Source: Armatimonadota bacterium
GTDB lineage: Bacteria > Armatimonadota > Zipacnadia > Zipacnadales > UBA5352
Assembly: GCA_034722055.1 (NCBI GenBank)
Contig: JAYENL010000021.1
Coordinates: 1 to 15,279, forward strand
DNA length: 15,279 bases
Direction of reading: 5' to 3'
Positions 8,083 through 15,164 of the stretch are shown here, in pieces. How positions within the stretch are numbered: position 1 is the stretch's first letter; the number at the start of each line of letters is the position of its first letter. The notes beneath the pieces were generated by a model. It saw only the letters and a list, made by a program, of their open reading frames with translations. It was not told the DNA's origin and did no database searches. The translations under genes and the position numbers were made by a program.

Positions 8083-9312
8083 CTAGAGCAGGACGTCGCC
8101 CGTCGCCGGGAGCCGAGCGCGCCCAGCTCCCGCGGCGGTGGTGCGGAGATCACGCTCCAGTCCCTCCACGCGAAAGCTAGCGCCTTCGGGCGGCCGTCCG
8201 ACCACCACGAGGTAGTTGGCCTCGCTGCCCTCCGGAAGCCGGAAGGTGATGTCGCGGTCCATGGTCAGGCCGCCCTGAGCGAAGCTCGCCGCCGGCTGCC
8301 AGCGGCCGTCGGCGAGCAGCGCAGACTCGATGAAGCGCACATCGATTCCCACTGGCTGGATACGCTCGAAGCGGACCCGCGCCACGCCGCCCTCTGCCCG
8401 CACGGTGAGCCGGTCGGGGTCCTCCTCGATGAGCAGGCGACGGCGACGGTCCGCGAGCTGCTCGGCGGTGTACTCGACGGGCATCGCCTGGTGGAGGTCC
8501 AGGTAGCGGCCCTCCATCAGCGCCACGACCTCGTCATCGGTTACCGCCCGATCCAGCATGATCAGCTCGTCGTAGACGGCATCGGCCGAGGTGGTATACT
8601 GAGGCCGAGCGGTGGGTCCGCCGCAGCCGACACCGATCCTGAAGGGCGTCGCCGGCGGATACGCATCCTCGCCCCATGTCGAGTACTTCATCTTCCCGTT
8701 GTCGTAGAAGCGCATCCCCTGCCCGGCGTCCCAGGTCATGACGATGTGGTGCCACTCGCCGGCCTTCCAGGTCCGTATACCCTCCCCGTAGCTGAGGCCG
8801 TGCTGGCCGCCGTCGCGATCCACCACCCAGAAGTAGAAGGCGCCGCCCTTGATGTTCGCGCGGATGAACTGGCGGTAGTAGGTGTCTTCCACCGCCGAGA
8901 CGTTCAGCAGGTATGGCCCTGTGGAGTTGCTGCCGGAGCGGATCGTGGGGTCGTCGGCGTCATACAGCGGCTGGAGCCAGTAGGCCACGGTTCCCCGCTC
9001 GCCGTAGAGGTTCCCGGTGGCGTCATAGTTGAGCGAGGTGGCGCGGCCCTTGACCTTGCCCAGCTCCGCCTCCTTGCTCCTCTGCGTCAGCGCGGCCCGG
9101 CCGATCCTGCCCTCCACGAACTGGACGTTCACCAGGCTGATCGGCTCGGGATCGCCCCGGGCGTAGTGCGCCGCGACCTCGCCCTCGAAGGGCGCGTAGA
9201 AGGTCACGCCCCGCGCCTCCAGTGCGGCGGGGTCGATCTGCGCGCCCGCACAGGCCACGCAGCCCGCAATGGCCGCGGCCATCACAACGCTTCGGCTCAT
9301 TCCCGCACGCAT
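8083..9312 (-). CDS. N-terminal segment of the interrupted gene: signal peptide + LamG/concanavalin-A-like jelly-roll domain
   Basis: ATG 9312 with GGAG upstream. Signal peptide ..VVMAAAIAGCVACAGA. LamG motifs GTVAYW, GEWHHIVMTWD..GMRFYDNGK and YDELIMLDRAVTDDEV. Ends at an in-frame TAG. Confidence 0.7.
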   Translation of the reverse strand: MRAGMSRSVVMAAAIAGCVACAGAQIDPAALEARGVTFYAPFEGEVAAHYARGDPEPISLVNVQFVEGRIGRAALTQRSKEAELGKVKGRATSLNYDATGNLYGERGTVAYWLQPLYDADDPTIRSGSNSTGPYLLNVSAVEDTYYRQFIRANIKGGAFYFWVVDRDGGQHGLSYGEGIRTWKAGEWHHIVMTWDAGQGMRFYDNGKMKYSTWGEDAYPPATPFRIGVGCGGPTARPQYTTSADAVYDELIMLDRAVTDDEVVALMEGRYLDLHQAMPVEYTAEQLADRRRRLLIEEDPDRLTVRAEGGVARVRFERIQPVGIDVRFIESALLADGRWQPAASFAQGGLTMDRDITFRLPEGSEANYLVVVGRPPEGASFRVEGLERDLRTTAAGAGRARLPATGDVLL

Positions 9313-9342
9313 GATCTCACTCCCCATGGCACCGAGGCGTCT

Positions 9343-11508
9343 TCACCCCTCGGGGATCAGGATCGCCGCCTCGCCCAGCCGCAGGCGGGCCGCAGATACG
9401 GGCTCGCCGAGCGTCCCGTCCGCCTGCAGCGGGCGGTGCGGGTCCCCAAGCGGGTAGTCGATCGCGGTGTCACCGCCCCAGCCCAGCGCAGGCATGGCCG
9501 GTCGCACCAGCACCAGTGCGTTCGAGAAGCGCCGCCGGAGGATGATCTCCTGCGCGTGCGCGCCCTCCACCAGCCGCAGGTCGTCGAACCAGGCGGTGCC
9601 CGTCGAGGCGTAGACGCGGAAGGTCACCCGGCCGTCGGCGTCCTGACCCGTTCGGAAGACCTGCTGCACGCGCGTCCAGTCATGCGTGCCGTGCATCACG
9701 ATGCCGATGCCCGCGCCATGGGCCTCGTCGAACTCGTAGACGTAGAGCTGCGCCCCCTGCCCGCCCTCAATCGCCTCGGTCTTCATCCACCCGCTCAGCG
9801 TGTAAGCGGTATGGGGCTTCAGCGACACGTAGCCCTTGTTAATGTTGTTGATCGTCACGTCATCGCTGTCGATCCGCACCGAGCGCGAGCCTGAATGGAC
9901 GACCTCCTCGTCGAAGGCCAGCGGCTGAGCGGTCTGCCAGCCGTCGGGCAGCCCGTCACCGTCCCGGTCGCGCTCGAAGTCGCCATTCGGCAGCAGGTTC
10001 TCGCCCTCCACCTCCTCGCCCACATCGGCCACCACGCTCTCGTAGGGCCCCAGCGGCTCGCCTACGTCGTACTCGATGGCCGGGAAGTACCAGCTTGTGG
10101 CCTCCCCATAGGGGTGCCGGCCGTAGCCGTAGTAGGTCCGGTCGCCGGCGCACAGGTAGTAGGCCGCCAGCCCGAAGATGGCGTCGCGCTCCAGCTCGAT
10201 CGGCACCTTATGCCCGAACTCCGACCGGCCCTCAACGTAGATGGGGTTGAACTGCAGAAGCTGGATCTTGCCGCGCGCGTCCACCTCCACGGCTCGACGC
10301 AGACGGGCCTCCAGCGCGCTCGCCGGGTGCGTGATGTTCAGCCAGCCCTCGCTCTCCGCGCCGTCGATCACGAAGGGCTCCGCGCTCCAGCCGTTGGCCA
10401 CCAGGACGCTGTCGGGAAGAGCGATCTTCACCCGCGCAAGCGCCATCTGCATGTCCCGCAGCCACGCCTCCTCCTCGTCGGGGCCGCGGGGGTATTCCAG
10501 GATCGGCCCGGACCGTCCCGGGCCTGGCACGTCGGCCGTAATGGTGTCCACGAAGAAGCCATCGTAGCCGCCCTCCAGCCTCGCCGGCATGTACCGCTCC
10601 GCCAGGTAGCGCTGGTAACCAGGGTGGCCGATGTTCATGACGAAGTCGTCCCGGGGCGGCCCCCAATAGTAGATGGGCACCCGCGCCTGCGACATCCGGC
10701 GGGCGTTGGCCCCGGGGTTGGCGAGGTCCGCCGCCTCCGCCTCATCCACAACGCCGTCACCGTTGCGGTCATTGGCCGGGTCCCAGCCCGGCACGGTGCG
10801 GGTCTCGCGCGGGTTCTCCGCCCGCTCGGCGCCCACGTGCAGCGTTATCTCGGTGTCCTCGCGGAAGTGGCAGAACATCTCCTCCGGCACGCCCTCCTCG
10901 CTGAGGCCCTCCGCCACGCACCACGACGCCAGGTCGTCGTGCTTCTCGGATGGAATCACCATGGTGGCCATGAGGGAGTAGCGCAGTCCGATGTACTGCG
11001 GACGGATCTCGTTCGGCGTGGGGCGGAAGCTTACGTCGTAGCGCTCGGCCAGCATCTCTGCATCGTCGGAGCCGAAGTTCACGAAGGTCCGTATGTGCTC
11101 CCGCAGCGCAGGCAGAGGCTCATGGTCCACCGTGAAGCGAGCCATGCCACTCCATTCACCCGGCTCCGGGCCCTCGCCCCACAGCCTGACGCGCCAGTAG
11201 TAGGTCTGCCCGTCGCGCAGCGCCTGTCCGGCGTACTCGGCGATGGGCAGCGGACTTTCCACGCGCCCGGAGTCCCACACCAGCTCGCCTTCGGCCACCA
11301 GGTCCGCCTCCGAGGCCGCCACCTGAACCTGCCAGGCCCGCTGTGCGTCGGTCTCCCAGAGCATCTCCGGATGGCTGTCGCGGACCGCGGGGTTGTCGCG
11401 TCGCCACTCGCACCGCAGCCCCGTTGGACTCGGCGCGGCGAGGGCCGTGCTGCTCACGGTAGCAAGGGACACCGCCAGGAGCATCAACTCAGCACCAGGC
11501 GCCGACAT
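9343..11508 (-). CDS. Secreted multidomain putative glycoside hydrolase: Fn3-like (alpha-L-rhamnosidase N-terminal type) + GHL15-like core + CBM4/9-like domain, 721 aa
   Basis: ATG 11508 with GGAGAGGTG upstream and a signal peptide ending STALA. PTGLRCE...QRAWQVQVA..VWDSGRVES...YYWRVRLW..WS is the Fn3-like module seen at the N-terminus of GH78 rhamnosidases. Core contains YDGFFVDT. ENLLPNGDFE..DGLPDGW...YTLSGWMKT...DWTRV...AWFDDLRL is a CBM4/9-like pattern. Confidence 0.75.
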   Translation of the reverse strand: MSAPGAELMLLAVSLATVSSTALAAPSPTGLRCEWRRDNPAVRDSHPEMLWETDAQRAWQVQVAASEADLVAEGELVWDSGRVESPLPIAEYAGQALRDGQTYYWRVRLWGEGPEPGEWSGMARFTVDHEPLPALREHIRTFVNFGSDDAEMLAERYDVSFRPTPNEIRPQYIGLRYSLMATMVIPSEKHDDLASWCVAEGLSEEGVPEEMFCHFREDTEITLHVGAERAENPRETRTVPGWDPANDRNGDGVVDEAEAADLANPGANARRMSQARVPIYYWGPPRDDFVMNIGHPGYQRYLAERYMPARLEGGYDGFFVDTITADVPGPGRSGPILEYPRGPDEEEAWLRDMQMALARVKIALPDSVLVANGWSAEPFVIDGAESEGWLNITHPASALEARLRRAVEVDARGKIQLLQFNPIYVEGRSEFGHKVPIELERDAIFGLAAYYLCAGDRTYYGYGRHPYGEATSWYFPAIEYDVGEPLGPYESVVADVGEEVEGENLLPNGDFERDRDGDGLPDGWQTAQPLAFDEEVVHSGSRSVRIDSDDVTINNINKGYVSLKPHTAYTLSGWMKTEAIEGGQGAQLYVYEFDEAHGAGIGIVMHGTHDWTRVQQVFRTGQDADGRVTFRVYASTGTAWFDDLRLVEGAHAQEIILRRRFSNALVLVRPAMPALGWGGDTAIDYPLGDPHRPLQADGTLGEPVSAARLRLGEAAILIPEG

Positions 11509-11675
11509 GCTGCACCTCTCCCCATGCGCAGTACGCACGACGGCCGTCTCTTGCCCTCGCGGCGGCCCGAATCCTGCATGCCGGCGGCCGAGATGTCTGC
11601 GCCAGCGTCGGAACGCACGCTCGAGACTGGCCTGCAGCTCGCAATGCGCCTCAGGGGCCCGCATTCGGCGAAAGC

Positions 11676-11704
11676 TTGACTCTCACCCGGTCTGCTGGTA
11701 CTGT
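11676..11704 (+). promoter_or_regulatory. Sigma70/SigA-type promoter for hrcA-grpE
   Basis: TTGACT (11676-11681), 17-bp spacer, TACTGT (11699-11704), with an extended -10 TG. Confidence 0.65.
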
Positions 11705-11718
11705 TCTTGATGGGCACA

Positions 11719-11744
11719 CAGGCACTCAGCGGACGGTGTGCGGC
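11719..11744 (+). promoter_or_regulatory. Degenerate CIRCE-like operator
   Basis: CAGGCACTC-N8-GTGTGCGGC against the consensus TTAGCACTC-N9-GAGTGCTAA. It lies between the promoter and the hrcA RBS, where CIRCE is expected, but the spacer and right arm deviate. Confidence 0.35.
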
Positions 11745-11784
11745 GCTGACATCATGGGCTGAGGCGCCCAAGGAGTTGGCTGCG

Positions 11785-12795
11785 GTGGGTGAGCTGACCC
11801 AGAGGCAGAAGAACATAGCCACCGCCGTGGTGGAGGAGCACATCACGACTGCGCAGCCGGTGGGGTCCGAAGCGTTGCGCAGGTCGCATGATTTCGCATG
11901 CAGCTCCGCGACGATCCGCAACGAGATGGTGCGGCTGGAGGAGCGGGGGTACCTCGATCAGCCACACACCTCCGCGGGTCGTATCCCGCTCGGTCCGGCC
12001 TACCGGCTCCACGTGGACACGCTGCCCGCGGAGTCCGGCCGGCTGGACCGCGATGTGGCCTGGGTTCAGGGGGAGCTGCGGCGGGTTGCGGGCCGGCACG
12101 AGACGGCCCTGCGGCTCAGCTCGGCCATCCTCTCCCGTATCACTCGCTACCCCGCGGTGGTCATAGCCCCGCGCGAGCGGGGACCGAGGCTCATCGATCT
12201 GTCGCTGACCCCGGTCAGCGCCCGCAATGTGCTGCTCTCCTACCTTGACGATGCGGGGGCCAGTGAGGAGGTACTGATCGAGACGCACCAGCCGGTCACC
12301 GTCGAGGAGGTGGCTGAGCTGGAGGCGCTGCTGCACCAGCGCGTCCTCGGCCGGCCCCTGGGCAGCGAGCTGCCACTGGAGGGCGTGGAGATTGACGCAG
12401 GGCTGCTGGCAGGCCTCCGCCAGGCGCTCGAGGATGCCAGCAGGGGGCGAGTCTACGTCGAGGGCACCACCTTCATCCTCGACGAGCCGGAGTTCGCCGA
12501 GCTCGACAGGCTGCGCCGGGTGATCAGCATCCTGATGCAGTCACCGATCCTGCGCCGGGCGCTCGACGCCGGGATGGCCGAGGAGGGGCCCACAGTCCGC
12601 ATCGGACCCGAGCATGGCATCGAGCCCCTCCGCGATTGCAGCGTGGTCGCTGCGTCCTACTCCGTGGACGACCGCCGCACCGGCGTCCTCGGGGTGCTGG
12701 GCCCCATGCGCATGCGCTACGAGGTCGCGCTGCAGATGGTGGAGCTCATCGCCCGCAATCTCGGCCACGCCCTCAGCCGCGCAGAGGAGAACTGA
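11785..12795 (+). CDS. hrcA: Heat-inducible transcriptional repressor HrcA, 336 aa
   Basis: ELTQRQKNI..VVEEHI.TAQPVGS, SSATIRNEMVRLEERGYLDQPHTSAGRIP, EPEF, CSVVAASY and GVLGVLGPMRMRY. GTG start at 11785 with AGGAG at 11771-11775. Confidence 0.95.
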   Translation: MGELTQRQKNIATAVVEEHITTAQPVGSEALRRSHDFACSSATIRNEMVRLEERGYLDQPHTSAGRIPLGPAYRLHVDTLPAESGRLDRDVAWVQGELRRVAGRHETALRLSSAILSRITRYPAVVIAPRERGPRLIDLSLTPVSARNVLLSYLDDAGASEEVLIETHQPVTVEEVAELEALLHQRVLGRPLGSELPLEGVEIDAGLLAGLRQALEDASRGRVYVEGTTFILDEPEFAELDRLRRVISILMQSPILRRALDAGMAEEGPTVRIGPEHGIEPLRDCSVVAASYSVDDRRTGVLGVLGPMRMRYEVALQMVELIARNLGHALSRAEEN

Positions 12796-12882
12796 GCTCG
12801 CCGGTGCCCACGCACCGGCCTGAGACCGAAAGCAGGCCTTCGCCTCGGGCGAAGGTATGACAATAGGAGGACCGTGCACGCG

Positions 12883-13569
12883 ATGACCGACAGCGAGCCG
12901 CGCAAGATCCAGATACAGGACGCCAACGAGAGCAGCGACGAACCGGAGGCAGAGACCGACACCGCCGAGCACAGCCCCGTGCCGGAGCCCGACGAGGCGC
13001 TTGAGAAGCTGAGCGAGGCCGCGGAGCAGCTCCAGGAGCCCGACGACGCCGGGGAGAGCACCGAGGTCGAGGAGAAGAGCGTCGAGGAGCTAGAAGCTGA
13101 GGTCGAGCGCCTTCGGAGGGCCTGGGAGGAGGAGCACGATCGGCACCTGCGTGCGGTCGCGGAGCTTCAGAACTTCAAGCGCCGCGTGGCCCGCGAGCGC
13201 CAGGAGCAGGCCCGCTACGCCAGCCAGGACCTCCTGTCCCAGATCCTCCCGGTCATGGATAGCCTCCAGCGCATGCTGGAGCACCAGGCGGAGGCTGGCA
13301 GCGAGGAGTTCGCCCGCGGGGTGGAGCTGATCGTGGAGGAGTTCTTCCGGGTCATCAAGCAGGTCGGTGTCGAGATCATTGAGGGGGAGGGCGAGCGGTT
13401 CGACCCAACAATCCATGAGGCCGTCGCGCAGGTGGAGACCGACGAGGTGCCCGAGGGCACCATCGTGACGGTGGACACACCCGGCTACTGCCTGCACGAC
13501 CGCTGCCTGCGACCGGCGCGGGTGGTCGTCGCCCGAGAGCCCAGCGACAGCGCCGAGGAGGCGCAGTGA
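12883..13569 (+). CDS. grpE: Nucleotide exchange factor GrpE
   Basis: Acidic N-terminus, LRAVAELQNFKRR, ILPVMDSLQR, GERFDPTIHEAV and GYCLHDRCLRPARVVVA. RBS AGGAGG at 12865-12870; the start is ATG 12883 or GTG 12874. Confidence 0.95.
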   Translation: MTDSEPRKIQIQDANESSDEPEAETDTAEHSPVPEPDEALEKLSEAAEQLQEPDDAGESTEVEEKSVEELEAEVERLRRAWEEEHDRHLRAVAELQNFKRRVARERQEQARYASQDLLSQILPVMDSLQRMLEHQAEAGSEEFARGVELIVEEFFRVIKQVGVEIIEGEGERFDPTIHEAVAQVETDEVPEGTIVTVDTPGYCLHDRCLRPARVVVAREPSDSAEEAQ

Positions 13570-13583
13570 CGGCCGGCGCTTGC

Positions 13584-13613
13584 TTGACTTCGCCGGCAAG
13601 CGGGGGCTATAAT
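13584..13613 (+). promoter_or_regulatory. Sigma70/SigA-type promoter for ftsZ
   Basis: TTGACT (13584-13589), 18-bp spacer, perfect TATAAT (13608-13613), in an otherwise very GC-rich intergenic gap. Confidence 0.75.
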
Positions 13614-13637
13614 CGAGCGACTTTCGGGAGGTAGGTC

Positions 13638-14801
13638 ATGAAAGCGCGCCAGCAATTCCCCGAGGAGGGGGCGTCCAGCATGCTGAGGCCGGGTGTCGAG
13701 GAGTACGCCAAGATCCGCGTGGTGGGCGTAGGCGGCGGCGGCTCCAATGCCGTGGACCGCATGATCGAGGCCGGCCTGATGGGCGTCGAGTACCTCACCA
13801 TCAACACCGACAAGCAGGTCCTCGACCTCTCCGCCGCGGACAAGAAGCTGCAGATCGGCGAGCAGCTCACCCGCGGCCTCGGCACCGGGGGCGACCCCGA
13901 GCTGGGCCGACAGGCCGCCGAGGAGAGCCGCCAGGAGATCCTCATGGCGCTCGACGGCGCGGACATGATCTTCCTCACCACCGGCATGGGCGGCGGCACC
14001 GGCACCGGCGCCAGCCCCATCATCGCCGAGATCTCCCGCGAGCTGGGCGCCCTCACCGTGGCCGTCGTCACCCGCCCCTTCTCCGTCGAGGGCAGGAAAC
14101 GCGCTGAATTGGCCGATGAGGGCGTCGAGGAGCTCAAGGGCGTCGTGGACACCCTCATCGTCATCCCCAACGACCGCCTCCTGACCCTCACCGAGGAGGA
14201 GCTGAGCCTCCAGGCCGCCTTCGCGCTGGCCGACCAGATCCTGCAGCAGGGCGTCCAGGGCATCTCCGAGGTCATCGTCGTCCCCGGCCTGGTGAACCTG
14301 GACTTCAACGACGTGCGCGCGGTCATGAAGGACGCCGGCACGGCCATGATGGCCATCGGCGAGGCCTCCGGCGAGAGCCGCGCCCAGCAGGCCGCCGAGC
14401 AGGCCATCTCCAGTGCACTGCTGGAGAGCGGCATCGAGGGTGCCCGTGCCGTCCTCCTCAATATCACGGGCGGCTCCGACATGACCCTCAACGAGGTGCA
14501 CTCCGCCTCCAAGATCGTCCAGGAGGCCGCCCAGGGCGACGACGGCACCGACCTGACCCTCGGCGCCGTCATCGACGAGAAGATAGAGGGCAGCCTCCGC
14601 GTCACCGTGCTGGCGACCGGCTTCGAGGCCGACTACCGCTCCCGCGAGCGCGAGGAGGTCGTCAAGCGCGAGGTCCGCGTGGGCGAGGAGGAAGAGGAGC
14701 CGGAGCGCGAGGAGCGCGTCGCCGCGGCCTTCGAGGAGGAGGAGCTGCCCACCTACGACGAGGACGACATCGACATCCCCGCCTTCCTGCGCCGGAGGTA
14801 G
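13638..14801 (+). CDS. ftsZ: Cell division protein FtsZ
   Basis: [21 protein letters not shown], the tubulin signature [22 protein letters not shown]7 loop NLDFNDV and C-terminal core peptide DIPAFLRR. Alternative in-frame ATG at 13680. Ends in TAG. Confidence 0.97.
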   Translation: MKARQQFPEEGASSMLRPGVEEYAKIRVVGVGGGGSNAVDRMIEAGLMGVEYLTINTDKQVLDLSAADKKLQIGEQLTRGLGTGGDPELGRQAAEESRQEILMALDGADMIFLTTGMGGGTGTGASPIIAEISRELGALTVAVVTRPFSVEGRKRAELADEGVEELKGVVDTLIVIPNDRLLTLTEEELSLQAAFALADQILQQGVQGISEVIVVPGLVNLDFNDVRAVMKDAGTAMMAIGEASGESRAQQAAEQAISSALLESGIEGARAVLLNITGGSDMTLNEVHSASKIVQEAAQGDDGTDLTLGAVIDEKIEGSLRVTVLATGFEADYRSREREEVVKREVRVGEEEEEPEREERVAAAFEEEELPTYDEDDIDIPAFLRRR

Positions 14802-15059
14802 CCCTCAGCACCTGCGCGACAACGGGAGGGCAGCCGCACCGACGGACCTCGGGGGGTCGAGGCCGTTGCCCGACATCGACGTTCGCGACAGTCACTCCGC
14901 AGCCCCAGCACATAGCGGCACCACGTGCACGTGCTGAACTTCCTGGACCTCCGGGATTCACGACGGTGGTCACTTGCGCCCGACGACAACCGCAACGCGG
15001 CAGAGCCCTTGCCAGCCGCTACCGAACCGTGGCGCGCCAACCCCCTGCCAGGCGTCCAG

Positions 15060-15164
15060 GGAGGAGCGGGCCTGTTTGCCCGCCCGCGGCGTTCGTGTGA
15101 TCGTAGGCCGTCCGTTGTCTGCCGTCAGGAGGGGCGGGCTTCCCTGCCCGCCACTCCTGAACGG
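15060..15164 (+). repeat. Two related REP-like palindromic units; the second is embedded in a long hairpin
   Basis: GGAGGAGCGGGCCTGTTTGCCCGCC (15060-15084) and GGAGGGGCGGGCTTCCCTGCCCGCC (15128-15152) are 20/25 identical. 15122-15164 forms a ~18-bp stem with one mismatch and one bulge. Confidence 0.55.

Larger units (their letters stand above)
5482..9312 (-). pseudogene. Single ~1276-codon gene for a secreted LamG/ConA-like + helical core + CARDB protein, interrupted by two in-frame TAG codons (pseudogene, sequencing error or read-through)
   Basis: The ORFs 8083-9327, 7285-8082 and 5482-7221 share one frame. The only stops are TAG at 8085-8083 and 7287-7285, and 7284-7222 is open and coding-like (AKFRPWPEWDREPEGPEDFPA). 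Only the first segment has a clear RBS and a signal peptide. Confidence 0.7.

Noticed and set aside
4798..9894. 1698-aa plus-strand ORF (also 9895-11679, 650-1693, 1700-3322 and 13485-14501)
   Set aside because: Codon-aligned antisense shadows of real GC-rich genes, in which CTA, TTA and TCA codons are rare. The translations have no recognisable motifs.
3181..11664. All minus-strand genes share one frame, suggesting a giant read-through polyprotein across the TGA stops at 9343 and 5482
   Set aside because: The genes after both TGA stops have their own RBS and signal peptide, and the spacers lack coding-like bias. Sharing a frame at two junctions happens by chance about 1 time in 9.
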